This document shows positions 8,387 through 19,387 of a stretch of 64,000 nt of DNA, piece after piece. Position 1 is the stretch's first letter; each line of letters opens with the position of its first letter. A model generated the notes under the pieces. The model made no database searches and was not told where the DNA came from. It saw nothing but the letters and a program-made list of their open reading frames with translations. The stretch is from the IMG/VR virus record IMGVR_UViG_3300030101_003124, positions 1 through 64,000 of that record, one strand, 5' to 3'. Position numbers and translations under genes: made by a program. Origin of the DNA: an uncultured virus (IMG/VR IMGVR_UViG_3300030101_003124). Taxonomy: Duplodnaviria > Heunggongvirae > Uroviricota > Caudoviricetes > Crassvirales.

Positions 8387-9121
8387 ATGGCAAGAATATC
8401 TACGTATCAAATAGATAATGATTTAACTCAAGACGATAGAGTCTTAGGTTCTGATGCTGGTGGAGCAACTAGAAACTATACTTTACTAGATATTGCTAAA
8501 TTTTTATCAAACACTAACTCACACGGTGTTTCTGGTTGTATACCTTACAAATACAGTAATACTGATGCAGGTGGTGGCAAAATGAAATTTCAAAACAGCG
8601 GTTTATCAGAACTTGCTTTTCCAACAGGTAACAACCAAATACTACAAGTTAGTAAGTTTCCAAATGGAAATACAAGTAGAAGTACTTTAGCTGTTTTAAA
8701 TACATACTTAAACAAAGACGTTATAATAAGTCAAGTACAAGACCCTAATGTTTTTGCTGTTTATAGAGTTAAAGAAATAGCTCAAGTTGGTAGTCAAGAT
8801 AAATATAGGCTAACAATGGATTTTATAACAGGAAATAACGATGCTAGTGGTAAAGGCTTATTAAATAATATTATATATAATTTAGTTCCATGGACTGGTA
8901 GTCAAGATAAAGAGTTCTCAAAAGACTTTTCAACAAGTGATTTAATTTTAGAAAACGGAGAATATTATTTTGCTATCACCCACAATTTAGGTAAATTCCC
9001 ATCTATAACTGTAAAAATAAGTACAGGACAAGTGGTAGAAGTACCGGTAAAACATATAACAAAAAATGAATCAAGAGTATATTTTAAGGGACAAAATTCC
9101 GGTACGGTATACGCGAACTAA
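8387..9121 (+). CDS. Putative tail/structural protein, 244 aa
   Basis: MARISTY..DRVLGSD N-terminus; ITHNLGKFPSITV C-terminal motif. Confidence 0.6.
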   Translation: MARISTYQIDNDLTQDDRVLGSDAGGATRNYTLLDIAKFLSNTNSHGVSGCIPYKYSNTDAGGGKMKFQNSGLSELAFPTGNNQILQVSKFPNGNTSRSTLAVLNTYLNKDVIISQVQDPNVFAVYRVKEIAQVGSQDKYRLTMDFITGNNDASGKGLLNNIIYNLVPWTGSQDKEFSKDFSTSDLILENGEYYFAITHNLGKFPSITVKISTGQVVEVPVKHITKNESRVYFKGQNSGTVYAN

Positions 9122-9136
9122 TAAACAACTTAAACA

Positions 9137-10759
9137 ATGGCAATACAATATTTACACGATTTAAATATCAATTACAACGAGCTGCAAAATGCTAAGCTCC
9201 ATGTAACAACATCCACGCCTACAGCTGTAAAAGGTGTTATTTATTATGATGATAACAACAACGTAATAAAGTACCGAGATAATGCTGGGTGGAAAACAAT
9301 TGAAACAACAACTGGCGACTCTAATACTTTTTTAAGTGGATTAGCTTTTAATACCAGTTCGGGTGTTTTAACAGCAACATTAACCGACTCAAGCACTGTA
9401 ACAGTTGATCTTGATGGTAAGTACGCTGAAGCATCACACGTTCACACTTTTGCTTCTTTAACAAGTAAACCAACAACAATAGATGGTTTCGGTATTACAG
9501 ATGCTTTTGATGGTGCTTATAGCTCTTTATCTGGAATACCATCTACTTTCACACCTGCTTCACATACTCACGCAGCAAGTGACGTAACATCTGGAACTTT
9601 TGCTGATGCAAGAATTCCTAGTTTGGCTGCAAGTAAAATAACTAGTGGCACTTTTGGAACAGCAAGAATACCTGATTTAGCAGCTTCTAAGATAACATCT
9701 GGAACTTTAGGTACAGCTAGAATTCCTAATTTAGCCGCATCTAAAATAAACAGTGGTACATTTGATGCTGCAAGAATACCAAATTTAGCTGCATCTAAAA
9801 TAAGTAGTGGTCAAGTAGCGGTTGCACAAGGTGGTACTGGTGCTAGTACATTAGATGGTGCTGGTATTGTGTTGAAGTCAGGTGCTCAGTCAATAGCTGG
9901 TAATAAAACGTTTAGTAATAATGTAACTGTAAATGGTGATTTAATTGTATCTGGTAATCAAACAACTAAAAATTCTGAAGTTGTATTAATTGAAGATAAT
10001 ATAATTACTCTTAATAGTAACGAAACTGGTTCACCTAGTGAAGATTCTGGTATACTAGTTGAAAGAGGAACAGCTACAAACGTACAGTGGATATGGGATG
10101 AGAGTGCTTCAAGATGGGGTGCTTTTGGTGGTGAATCAATGGGTACTAAAGGAAATGTTGGTGTAGGAACATTATATGCTGACACTCTTGATGTAACAAA
10201 CTACGGTTTAACTGCAGGTGATATACCAAACCTTAACACAAGTAAGTTAACAGCTGGCACACTGCCTGTTGCAAGAGGTGGTACTGGTGCTACTTCGTTT
10301 ACTGATAAATCAGTTATTGTTTCACAAGATACTGGTACAGATGCTTTAGCTGCAAAAGCAATGACTACAAATGGATCATTATTAATTGGTGGTACATCTG
10401 GTCCTGAAGTTGCAACTTTAACAGCTGGTTCAAATGTAACAATTACAAACGCAAACAACAGTATTACAATTGCGTCTTCTGTTAGTACATCAGATATTAA
10501 CAATCAGATCGATGCTAGATCTAGTGCTCATACAATTACTGGTGATGGTAGTGATGTTGAATTTACAATTACTTATGGGTTTACTGCAGCTGCTATAAAC
10601 GATGTTATGATACAAGTTGTTGATAGCTCTGGTGATCACGATGGCGATACAGTGTTTGCTGAAGTTGAAAGACACTCAACCACACAGTGTAAAATTAAAT
10701 TTGCTACAGCACCTGCTAACAACAAAACATATAGAGTACTTTGCTTTAAAATAGCATAA
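9137..10759 (+). CDS. Tail fibre protein
   Basis: Tandem ASKITSGT..ARIP repeats, VAxGGTGA motifs, S/T/G-rich. Confidence 0.8.
   Translation: MAIQYLHDLNINYNELQNAKLHVTTSTPTAVKGVIYYDDNNNVIKYRDNAGWKTIETTTGDSNTFLSGLAFNTSSGVLTATLTDSSTVTVDLDGKYAEASHVHTFASLTSKPTTIDGFGITDAFDGAYSSLSGIPSTFTPASHTHAASDVTSGTFADARIPSLAASKITSGTFGTARIPDLAASKITSGTLGTARIPNLAASKINSGTFDAARIPNLAASKISSGQVAVAQGGTGASTLDGAGIVLKSGAQSIAGNKTFSNNVTVNGDLIVSGNQTTKNSEVVLIEDNIITLNSNETGSPSEDSGILVERGTATNVQWIWDESASRWGAFGGESMGTKGNVGVGTLYADTLDVTNYGLTAGDIPNLNTSKLTAGTLPVARGGTGATSFTDKSVIVSQDTGTDALAAKAMTTNGSLLIGGTSGPEVATLTAGSNVTITNANNSITIASSVSTSDINNQIDARSSAHTITGDGSDVEFTITYGFTAAAINDVMIQVVDSSGDHDGDTVFAEVERHSTTQCKIKFATAPANNKTYRVLCFKIA
9572..9811 (+). 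repeat. About 4.5 tandem 54-nt (18-aa) repeats, AASKITSGTFxxARIPxL
   Basis: Visible in protein and DNA, with synonymous divergence. Confidence 0.85.
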
Positions 10760-10778
10760 TAAATTAAATTAAAATAAT

Positions 10779-11372
10779 ATGTCTTTAAAATTTCTACAAG
10801 ATTTAAATCTTAGTAGTGTCGAAATCGATGCGCCAAACGCTCCGACAAACTTAAGCTTAACAGTTGTTGGAGACACTATTAATGTGACTTTTACAGCGTC
10901 GACTTCTACAAACATAGACTATTATCTAATATTTGGCTCGGTTGCTGGTGGTGATTATGGATTAGTATCTGTAATACCTCCAGCTGACTTTGCTAATACA
11001 ATGAGTACAATAGATAATTCTTTTGATACTCCAGGCACACAAGCATATAGAGTATATGCGGTTAAATCAGGTAAATATTCCTCGGCTTTAACAGGCAGTA
11101 TATCTTTTAGCGCTGGTACTGTTGAGGTAACAGGTATGACAGTTACTGCTTTAAATAGTGCTTTTCTAATACAATGGAATCCTCCATCGTCAAAATCAAG
11201 ATTTGTTACAGCTTACAATGTTTTCAAGCATCAGCACGCTACTCAAGGTAGTTTAGCTGAAGGCTCGGCTAGTTTAATATATTCTGGTTTAGATACTAGG
11301 TTTATGTACGTAGTTAGTGGTAATAGCACTGACTTTCATCAATTTTGGATAACTACAACAATAGCATCGTGA
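10779..11372 (+). CDS. Protein with two fibronectin type III-like domains
   Basis: APNAPTNLSL..INVTF..YRVYAV; second domain LIQWNPP..AYNVF. Confidence 0.65.
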   Translation: MSLKFLQDLNLSSVEIDAPNAPTNLSLTVVGDTINVTFTASTSTNIDYYLIFGSVAGGDYGLVSVIPPADFANTMSTIDNSFDTPGTQAYRVYAVKSGKYSSALTGSISFSAGTVEVTGMTVTALNSAFLIQWNPPSSKSRFVTAYNVFKHQHATQGSLAEGSASLIYSGLDTRFMYVVSGNSTDFHQFWITTTIAS

Positions 11373-11530
11373 TGGAAGAAAAAGAATATTGGGAATGGTT
11401 TTTAGAACAAGCAGAACAAGATTTATCTTTAGAAGAAACTAGAAACGAAGATGACAATTTAATACAATTACTTAAGCAAAATATACAAGAAGCTAAAGTT
11501 AGAATAAAACAATTAGAAGATGGCATTTAA
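11372..11530 (+). CDS. Small acidic coiled-coil protein; likely start MEEKEY
   Basis: ORF track 11345..11530; TGATG overlap at 11370-11374. Confidence 0.55.
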   Translation: MEEKEYWEWFLEQAEQDLSLEETRNEDDNLIQLLKQNIQEAKVRIKQLEDGI

Positions 11531-13259
11531 AACAGAACCATTAGAACGTGGTGATATTATAAGTATAGTTGGCGCTGCTCAAAACGATTATTTAGGACAA
11601 AAAGGTATTATGCCTGTGGCTAAAGGTGGTGTAAGCAACGTACTTGTAAGAAGTGGCTCTGGTGAGTATGATGGTGGTGATAGGGTTATAGGCTGGCCAA
11701 ATGGTTTTGAGGTTCATGATGATTTAATATTCACTGTTGGTTGGGGTGATGGTTTTGCTGTTAGAAGATTAAACAATGACGGTTCATTAACAAAGTTATA
11801 CCACGATAATAACTTTTTATATAGAGATACTAGTAGTACATATAATCACTTACAGTCAGTAGCAATAAGCACAACACAGAAAAAAGGTGTTGTTATGACT
11901 TACAATGTTGATGGTTATACTACTTTTGATTATAGTGGTTTAATGAACGGAGGAACAACGTTTGTAAAAGATGCTAGACCAACACATTCAAATCCACAGA
12001 GATTTATAGGTGGTGCTGGTGATAGTGGATTAAATGTATCTTCAGCTGGTTTATATTACACTAGTGGTTTAGTTGCGGCTGGTGATTATATATATGTTGG
12101 TGAATATGACGCAAGACATTATAGAAGATGTTTACGAAGAAACATGTCTAATGGTAATGAAGAAGTATTAGGTAGTTCAGATGGAACTGCAGATAAATTG
12201 TCAGGTAGTGCAACTGTAGATAGAGATGGTTATAGATTTACTTTGTTTTATGATGAGGTAAATGATAGAGTATTTTACATGGCTTATTACAACTCTAATT
12301 TCCAAGTTGTATTAGATGCTTCAACTTCAACACCTGAATTATTATGGTGTGATTTAGGTGACGCTGGTGCTGGAGATGATGCTTACGAACAAGGTTTGTT
12401 TATACCTGATCCAACTAATGCTCCTAACAGAATGTGGGTAGGTTGTGCAAATAAACTAGTAGATATTGATATAACACCTTGTTTAACAGGTAGTGCACCT
12501 ACGGTTCACAACACTATACGCTTAGATAATAGTTCAAATATTGTCTTTGACGTTTTATTTAGGTTTGGTGCTAAATATCAAAAAACATCTGGTCTACCAA
12601 TGGACAAAGATCCTAGTTATCTTAACTATATAAGGACTATGTCTGATAGAGGTAAAAACATGAATTTAGGTTGGATAGACACATCAAATAATAAAACACC
12701 TGGTTTTATAAGATATAACGATACAACAGAAGACACAACAACAGGTGGTAGAGGAAGATCGCTAAGATATGATTACGGTGGTCATCATGTTTTAATGGCT
12801 TCTGCAAATGGAACTAAATATTGGGTTTTAGTAGGTTATAGTGGTGGAGATGGTCATACTCTTATAACTTACAACGAGTCTGATTACCCTAAAAGACTTA
12901 TAGGTAACTGGGAAATAGTATACGGTACATACACGCTTGCTAACAGTGCTAATATAGATGAGGCTTTTGTAAGCAATGTAGATAAATTTGATATACCATC
13001 AAACTGTTCTCTTACTGTTTATTTAAGTAATAATAATGGTTCTAACTGGGAAACTTACGATACAGCTTCGACAACAGCTCATAGGTTTAGTACAACAGGA
13101 ACTCAATTGAGAATAAAAATAACAGCGAGTGGACATCCAGATAAATCACCATATTATATGGGGTTTGAAGGACCTTTAGCCGTACATTACAAATCATTAC
13201 ACGCGGCTGCAAAAGATGCAAATATTAAATATAAAGTAACAAGAAAAAGATTAAGGTAA
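11520..13259 (+). CDS. Putative receptor-binding or structural protein, probable beta-propeller
   Basis: 579 aa, beta-strand-rich, Asp-box-like SNNNGSNW; located in the fibre cluster. Confidence 0.55.
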   Translation: MAFKTEPLERGDIISIVGAAQNDYLGQKGIMPVAKGGVSNVLVRSGSGEYDGGDRVIGWPNGFEVHDDLIFTVGWGDGFAVRRLNNDGSLTKLYHDNNFLYRDTSSTYNHLQSVAISTTQKKGVVMTYNVDGYTTFDYSGLMNGGTTFVKDARPTHSNPQRFIGGAGDSGLNVSSAGLYYTSGLVAAGDYIYVGEYDARHYRRCLRRNMSNGNEEVLGSSDGTADKLSGSATVDRDGYRFTLFYDEVNDRVFYMAYYNSNFQVVLDASTSTPELLWCDLGDAGAGDDAYEQGLFIPDPTNAPNRMWVGCANKLVDIDITPCLTGSAPTVHNTIRLDNSSNIVFDVLFRFGAKYQKTSGLPMDKDPSYLNYIRTMSDRGKNMNLGWIDTSNNKTPGFIRYNDTTEDTTTGGRGRSLRYDYGGHHVLMASANGTKYWVLVGYSGGDGHTLITYNESDYPKRLIGNWEIVYGTYTLANSANIDEAFVSNVDKFDIPSNCSLTVYLSNNNGSNWETYDTASTTAHRFSTTGTQLRIKITASGHPDKSPYYMGFEGPLAVHYKSLHAAAKDANIKYKVTRKRLR

Positions 13260-13260
13260 T

Positions 13261-16200
13261 ATGAGTGTAACAGTAACAGGACAAAAACGACATCTTGATT
13301 TAAATGGTGCTACGCTAACCACGACTGGCAATATTACTATTGGTGGTGATATATTAGTTGCAGAGAGTAAAGCTATAAAGCTTGGTACTGGTGGAACTTT
13401 TCAGCTTTGGCATCAATCTGGTGCAAATGGTAATAGTTTTATTGACGAGCAAAGCACAGGTGAATTATTCATAAGATCTAACAGTACTATAAGATTAGCT
13501 CATTATGCTAATAATACTTATTCAGCTACTTTTAATCCAGCAGGTGCTGTTGAGTTGTATCATAATACTGCTAAGAAATTTCAAACAGAAGCCGCGGGTG
13601 CTTCAGTAACAGGTAATTTTTATTTAACATCTGGTAATCATGTACATTTTGACAACGGTGTAAGTAATAATTACTATTTAAGAAAAACAGGTACCACGTT
13701 AGAGTTTAAAACAGGTGGTAGTTATAACTTTTTATCTGGTGATGCAACTTTTTCAGGTAGAGTTGGACTAAATGGAACAACGCCAAGTGATTTTAATGCA
13801 GACGCTGATGATTTAATAGTAGGTAGTGGATCGGGAGATGTTGGAATTACTATGTATTCTGGTTCAAGCGTAGGAGATTATGGTGCAATTTATTTTGCAG
13901 ATGGAACTACTGGTTCTGCTGAATATAAAGGAATTATATCTTACGAACAAAATAATGAAATCATGAGATTTCATACTAATACAACGGAAGCTCTTAGATT
14001 AGATTTAAATCAAAATGCAACTTTTGCAGGGAATATTGGTCTTGGTAACGCAACTAGTCCTAACAGACTTTTGCATATAGACAATACATCTAACACATCT
14101 AAAGCTAGTGCTTATTTCTATACAAATGGTGTTCATACAGGAACAACATCACAATCACATGTTGCAATATGGTCAGACAACGCAAGTTCTACTGGTACAT
14201 TAATATACGGTAGAGGTGACGGCACCGGTGATTTACTTATTTTAAATAAAGGCGGTACAAACAAACTTGTTGTTGATGATGATGGAGCTGCAACTTTTGC
14301 AAGTTCGGTAACAGCAACTTCATTTTCTGGTGATGGTAGTAATTTAACAAATCTTCCAGCACAAGCTGCGCCATCAAATATGGTAACCACTGATACAAGC
14401 CAAACAATATCAGGAGATAAAACATTTACAGGATCTACAATTGTTGGTGAATTAGTTACTACTAATCATATTTACGGTAGGTATGTAAATAATTCGTTCT
14501 CTCAATTATATAGATTTGGTGGTTTATTCTTAACTTGGGATAGTGATACTTATGGAACTCAATTAAATCATAGTATAACATCTACAGACAACGGAACGTA
14601 TAGTGATAGTATTACTATTAACTCATATGATAAAGTTAGAATTAATATTGATAGTAACAATAACGATTCAGCCTCTACATTTAGTATTGGTAAACATGGA
14701 ACTGGAACAAGTGGAACTTTATTAACACTTGAAGAAGATGGTGATTTAACAATTACAGGTAATGTAACTGCTAACGGTACTGTTCTTACAGGTGCTACCA
14801 GCTTAGCTGGTTATGCAACTGAAAGTTATGTAGACACTGCTGTATCGAATTTAGTTGATAATGCGCCAGCAAATTTAAACACATTAAACGAATTAGCAGA
14901 AGCTTTAAATGATGATGATGATGCTATTGTAACTATCAACACCGCTTTAGGTAATAGAGTTAGAGTTGATACAGCTAGTCAAGGATTAACTTCTACTCAA
15001 AAGTCAAATGCTAGGACAAATATAGGTGCTCAAGCATCGGGAAATTATTTAACTTCATTTGATATAACAACACAAACAGATTCTAAGTATTTAAGAAGTG
15101 ATACAGCTGATACAGCTACTGGTAAAATAGTATTAGAAGGTAACTCAGCTGCTTGGAACACAACAACTCCTGGAACTACAACAGGTTCTTTACATTTTGA
15201 TCCGGGCGCTACTACTGATCACTTTGGTAGTGCTATAACATTTGGTGCTTCAGATACTGGTGATGGAGCTAATGCTCAAGCTGGTATATACACAAGATCA
15301 GATGGTAGTTATGGTACTAGAATGTATTTTGCAACTACAGATAGTTATGCTAGTGGATCTAAAGTAGCTATGTACATAAACCATAATAAAGACGTTTATT
15401 TTAAATCTAACATAGTTGTTGATGGTACAGTAGATGGTGTTGATATAGCTACAAGAGATGGTGTATTGACATCTACAACAACTACCGCAAACGCTGCATT
15501 ACCAAAAGCTGGTGGTACAATGACTGGTAATTTAGTCATGGAAGATGAAATGATTGATTTTGCTAACAATGGCAACGCAACACTACCAAACTTTAAAGGT
15601 AAAAGAGCTAATACTAGACTTAATGATAGAGACTGGGACACTGAAGGTGGTTGGTCTTATACTACATTTGAAAATAATACAACCGATAGACCTAGTGATG
15701 GCTTACATAATGGTAATGGATTGTTAACCTTTAACACACATAGTGGTGATGGTACTAACAACTACATGCATCAAATTGCTATGACTACAAACACCAATAA
15801 ACTTTGGCATAGACGTAGAAGCGGTGCAAGTTGGGGTTCTTGGGAAGAAATTTTAAAAGGTTCTCAAACTTTTGCTAGTTTAACAAGCAAGCCTACTACA
15901 ATATCTGGTTATGGTATAACAGATGCTTATACAAAAACAGAGTCTGATGGAAAATACTTGTTAAACACCACTGATACACTTAGTGGTAATTTAACTGTTA
16001 CTGGTAACTTAACTGTTCAAGGTATTAATTATGGCTTGTATCATGCTGAAACCCCTGCTAGTAATGAAAGTGGTAGTTCTAGTAATTATTATCACGATCC
16101 ATATGGTGGTGGTAGACATTTAGCAATGTTCTTAAAAAATGCTAGAGCAGATATTATTAGATATAGAGCTATAGACAACGTTGAATATTGGAATGGTAGT

Positions 16201-18807
16201 TCTTGGCAAGACGGATCATCTCAATTAGCAAACGTAAAAAAATTATTAGATGGTAGACAAGATACAATGTGGGCTATACCAGAAGCTTATTATAAGTTTA
16301 GATTTACAATTTCTCCGTCTACACCTTGGCCAACAACAGCTAAAGTAGGTACACAAACAAGTTGGACTGGTTCTACATACCCTGGTCACAGAATGATAGT
16401 TGAAGAGTATGATGGTAGTGCTTGGGGAACTAGAGTTACAGCTAAGTTCGGTGGTAGCAGCACCACAGTGGAAACAACTGATAATAATTGTGATAACTGG
16501 GGTTGGAATTTTATATCAACAAACCAATTACATACTGGTAATGGTACTAGTAGTAGTTATAACAGCGGTCAAAATACTAGAATAACAATTGATTTTTACG
16601 GTTGGTCACCTAGTAACAGTAGTTATGTAACTATACCTATGCAGAATATATTTATAACTTCTAATTTCTCTGGTATAGAAAACACTGATTACACAAACTT
16701 ATTAGATTACGATAGAAACATAACTACAGCGGGTGCTATAAACTTAGGTCACGCTAGTGATACTACTATAGCTAGATCTGCTGCTGGTAAAGTTACTATT
16801 GAAGGTAACGAAATATATCATGAAGGCCATAAACCTACTTATTCAGAGCTTGGCAATATGAATTACAGCAATTTAACAGGTACAGTGCCTACTTGGAACC
16901 AAAATACTACTGGTTCAGCCGGTTCAGTTCCTTATAGTGGCGTAAGTAGTAAACCAACGTTTGTTGTTAACGCGGCATTATCAGGTAGAAGCACTACAGC
17001 ACAAGATACAGCAGGAGACGGTAGAGGTGTAACATTTAATTATAGCGGTACCACTGGTAATAAACCTACAGGTACAGACCATAGTTTAATGACAATGGCT
17101 TACAGTAATGATTGGCAAACACAATTAGCACAAGACTGGAGAAACTCTGGTAGAATGTATTTAAGAGGCCAAAACAATGGTACATGGTCTTCGTGGAACC
17201 AAGTGTGGGATTCATCTGATTTTACCAAAGCTAGTGTATTAAACTCAAACGTAACGCTAGCGTCACTAGGTGCACAAGCTGCTGGTAATTATTTAACAGC
17301 TCACCCAAGTATTTCTGCAGCAAATAGTGTAGATAACACTGGTAATACTTTTATACAAGATTTAACACTTGATAGTAACGGTCATGTTACATTTGTTACT
17401 TCAGCTGGTGTTGCAATACCTAACCACGACGATTTATCAGGTTGGGTTGCAGAAAAACATATTGATTGGACTGTTGATAATAGTGGTGTATATTCAATAC
17501 ACTCAGGAAATATACCTGATTTATCTGGAACTTATTTAACTAGTTTGTCAGGAGCTGTGTTAACAACTACTAATCAAACAATAGCTGGAGTAAAAACTTT
17601 TGACGGTAAAACAGTACATAATGATGGAATAGCAGTACAAGATTTAAACGATACAACTATAACTAGACATTCGTCTGGACATTTACAATTACCTAGTAAC
17701 GTTAGAATATTCTCTGATAATTACCATCCCAATGCAGACAAGCTAACTACAGCAAGAACGATCGCTGGTACTAGCTTTGATGGTTCTGCAAATATAGATA
17801 TTAATTATAATAATTTAATTAATAAACCTACCATACCTACTGGTGATATAACTCAAGTTTCTGCAGGAGCTGGTTTAACAGGGGGTGCTACAAGTGGAAA
17901 CGCAACACTTAATTTAGATGTAGACGGAACTAACAGCTACATACACATGAATAACACAGTAACACCTACCACTGGTGATTTTATTCCTTTTCATGATACA
18001 AACGGTAATGTTGTTAGAAAAACAACTATAAGTACTCTTTTAGGTTTAGGTGGAACTGGAAGCAAAAGTTTATCTTCTAGTGGTAACAGATATGATGTAA
18101 TACCTTTTGTTGGTAGCGACGGTGTTATGGAAGTAGGTAGATATATTGATTTCCATACTAGTGATGGTAGCACAAGTGATTTTGCACATAGACTAACTGT
18201 TAACGGTAGTACATTAAGCTTTAGTGCTGGTATATCTGGATCTTCAGCTTCATTTAGTAGTACTGTTGATATGAACTCTACCGCAAGGTTTAACTATTCA
18301 TCTGGTAGTAGAGGTTCTCAATTTGAAGCAGCTACAACCTCATTGCAAACTTTAAGGTGTGATTCTGATAGATTTAGATTTTGGTTAGGTAGTGAAAGAC
18401 TTACTATTACTGATACTGGTAGAGTAGGTATAAATGATAGCACACCTGATTACACTTTAGACGTAAGTGGAAATGTTAGTGGTATATCAATATATGCTTC
18501 TCACGATATAGCTGCATACTCTGATAAACGAGTTAAAAAAGATATAGAAACAATAGAAGATGCTTTACAAAAAGTAAACAAGTTAAGAGGTGTAACGTTT
18601 AAAAGAAAAGACGGAAAATCAGATAAAGTTCACATGGGTGTTATAGCTCAAGAAGTACAAGAAGTAATACCTGAGGTTGTTACAGCTAAAGAATCTGATG
18701 GGCATTTATCGGTTTCATACGGTAACATGGTAGGTGTATTAATAGAAGCTGTAAAAGAATTAACAGCTGAAGTTGAAGAACTAAAAAGTAAATTAAACGA
18801 TGTTTAG
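13261..18807 (+). CDS. Long tail fibre with C-terminal intramolecular chaperone (peptidase S74-like)
   Basis: LVDNAPANLNTLNELAEAL, LTTARTIAGTSFDGSANI, YSDKRVKKDI..LRGVTF..GVIAQEV..LIEAVKEL. Confidence 0.9.
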   Translation: MSVTVTGQKRHLDLNGATLTTTGNITIGGDILVAESKAIKLGTGGTFQLWHQSGANGNSFIDEQSTGELFIRSNSTIRLAHYANNTYSATFNPAGAVELYHNTAKKFQTEAAGASVTGNFYLTSGNHVHFDNGVSNNYYLRKTGTTLEFKTGGSYNFLSGDATFSGRVGLNGTTPSDFNADADDLIVGSGSGDVGITMYSGSSVGDYGAIYFADGTTGSAEYKGIISYEQNNEIMRFHTNTTEALRLDLNQNATFAGNIGLGNATSPNRLLHIDNTSNTSKASAYFYTNGVHTGTTSQSHVAIWSDNASSTGTLIYGRGDGTGDLLILNKGGTNKLVVDDDGAATFASSVTATSFSGDGSNLTNLPAQAAPSNMVTTDTSQTISGDKTFTGSTIVGELVTTNHIYGRYVNNSFSQLYRFGGLFLTWDSDTYGTQLNHSITSTDNGTYSDSITINSYDKVRINIDSNNNDSASTFSIGKHGTGTSGTLLTLEEDGDLTITGNVTANGTVLTGATSLAGYATESYVDTAVSNLVDNAPANLNTLNELAEALNDDDDAIVTINTALGNRVRVDTASQGLTSTQKSNARTNIGAQASGNYLTSFDITTQTDSKYLRSDTADTATGKIVLEGNSAAWNTTTPGTTTGSLHFDPGATTDHFGSAITFGASDTGDGANAQAGIYTRSDGSYGTRMYFATTDSYASGSKVAMYINHNKDVYFKSNIVVDGTVDGVDIATRDGVLTSTTTTANAALPKAGGTMTGNLVMEDEMIDFANNGNATLPNFKGKRANTRLNDRDWDTEGGWSYTTFENNTTDRPSDGLHNGNGLLTFNTHSGDGTNNYMHQIAMTTNTNKLWHRRRSGASWGSWEEILKGSQTFASLTSKPTTISGYGITDAYTKTESDGKYLLNTTDTLSGNLTVTGNLTVQGINYGLYHAETPASNESGSSSNYYHDPYGGGRHLAMFLKNARADIIRYRAIDNVEYWNGSSWQDGSSQLANVKKLLDGRQDTMWAIPEAYYKFRFTISPSTPWPTTAKVGTQTSWTGSTYPGHRMIVEEYDGSAWGTRVTAKFGGSSTTVETTDNNCDNWGWNFISTNQLHTGNGTSSSYNSGQNTRITIDFYGWSPSNSSYVTIPMQNIFITSNFSGIENTDYTNLLDYDRNITTAGAINLGHASDTTIARSAAGKVTIEGNEIYHEGHKPTYSELGNMNYSNLTGTVPTWNQNTTGSAGSVPYSGVSSKPTFVVNAALSGRSTTAQDTAGDGRGVTFNYSGTTGNKPTGTDHSLMTMAYSNDWQTQLAQDWRNSGRMYLRGQNNGTWSSWNQVWDSSDFTKASVLNSNVTLASLGAQAAGNYLTAHPSISAANSVDNTGNTFIQDLTLDSNGHVTFVTSAGVAIPNHDDLSGWVAEKHIDWTVDNSGVYSIHSGNIPDLSGTYLTSLSGAVLTTTNQTIAGVKTFDGKTVHNDGIAVQDLNDTTITRHSSGHLQLPSNVRIFSDNYHPNADKLTTARTIAGTSFDGSANIDINYNNLINKPTIPTGDITQVSAGAGLTGGATSGNATLNLDVDGTNSYIHMNNTVTPTTGDFIPFHDTNGNVVRKTTISTLLGLGGTGSKSLSSSGNRYDVIPFVGSDGVMEVGRYIDFHTSDGSTSDFAHRLTVNGSTLSFSAGISGSSASFSSTVDMNSTARFNYSSGSRGSQFEAATTSLQTLRCDSDRFRFWLGSERLTITDTGRVGINDSTPDYTLDVSGNVSGISIYASHDIAAYSDKRVKKDIETIEDALQKVNKLRGVTFKRKDGKSDKVHMGVIAQEVQEVIPEVVTAKESDGHLSVSYGNMVGVLIEAVKELTAEVEELKSKLNDV

Positions 18808-19387
18808 ATCATCTGACTACATATCATCTACACTAACGTTTAATAGCGATAGTATACTTTGGACAAATCCTCATGACAATAAAGTGTATGAGGTTATGAT
18901 GAGCTGGGAACAACCTATTATGGATAAAATGGCTGAACTAGCTGTTAACGAAGGCGACGATGTTTTAGAACTGGGTTTTGGTATGGGTATACTTTCAAAT
19001 GCGATACAATTAAGAAAGCCTAAATCACATACTATAGTAGAGTGTCACCCAGAAATAATAGTTAAATTAAAAGAGTGGGCCAGTGATAAAACAAACGTTA
19101 CTATAGTTGAGGGTAATTGGTTAGAAAAAACAGAAGAATTAAGTACTTACGACGCAATATTACAAGATACATATGCGGATGACAATTTACATAATTTTGT
19201 TTCTTTTGTTTGTGATATAGCAAATCCTGGTTGTAAAGTAACTTGGTGGAATAACAAAAACAGTGACACTGACTGGAGTTATTTATTTGATGATTATAAT
19301 TTAACTTTAACTGATGTGGATGTAAATCCACCAGCTAATGAATATTATAATGAAAAGAATTATAAAATACCTTTAAAGATAATATAA
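18800..19387 (+). CDS. Class I SAM-dependent methyltransferase, GAMT/Rmt2-like
   Basis: VMMSWEQPIM, VLELGFGMGI, HTIVECHP, YDAILQDTY. Confidence 0.8.
   Translation: MFRSSDYISSTLTFNSDSILWTNPHDNKVYEVMMSWEQPIMDKMAELAVNEGDDVLELGFGMGILSNAIQLRKPKSHTIVECHPEIIVKLKEWASDKTNVTIVEGNWLEKTEELSTYDAILQDTYADDNLHNFVSFVCDIANPGCKVTWWNNKNSDTDWSYLFDDYNLTLTDVDVNPPANEYYNEKNYKIPLKII

Noticed and set aside
9572..9811. Tandem repeats as a CRISPR array or DGR
   Set aside because: They are in-frame 54-nt coding repeats with no unique spacers; no cas or reverse transcriptase gene was seen
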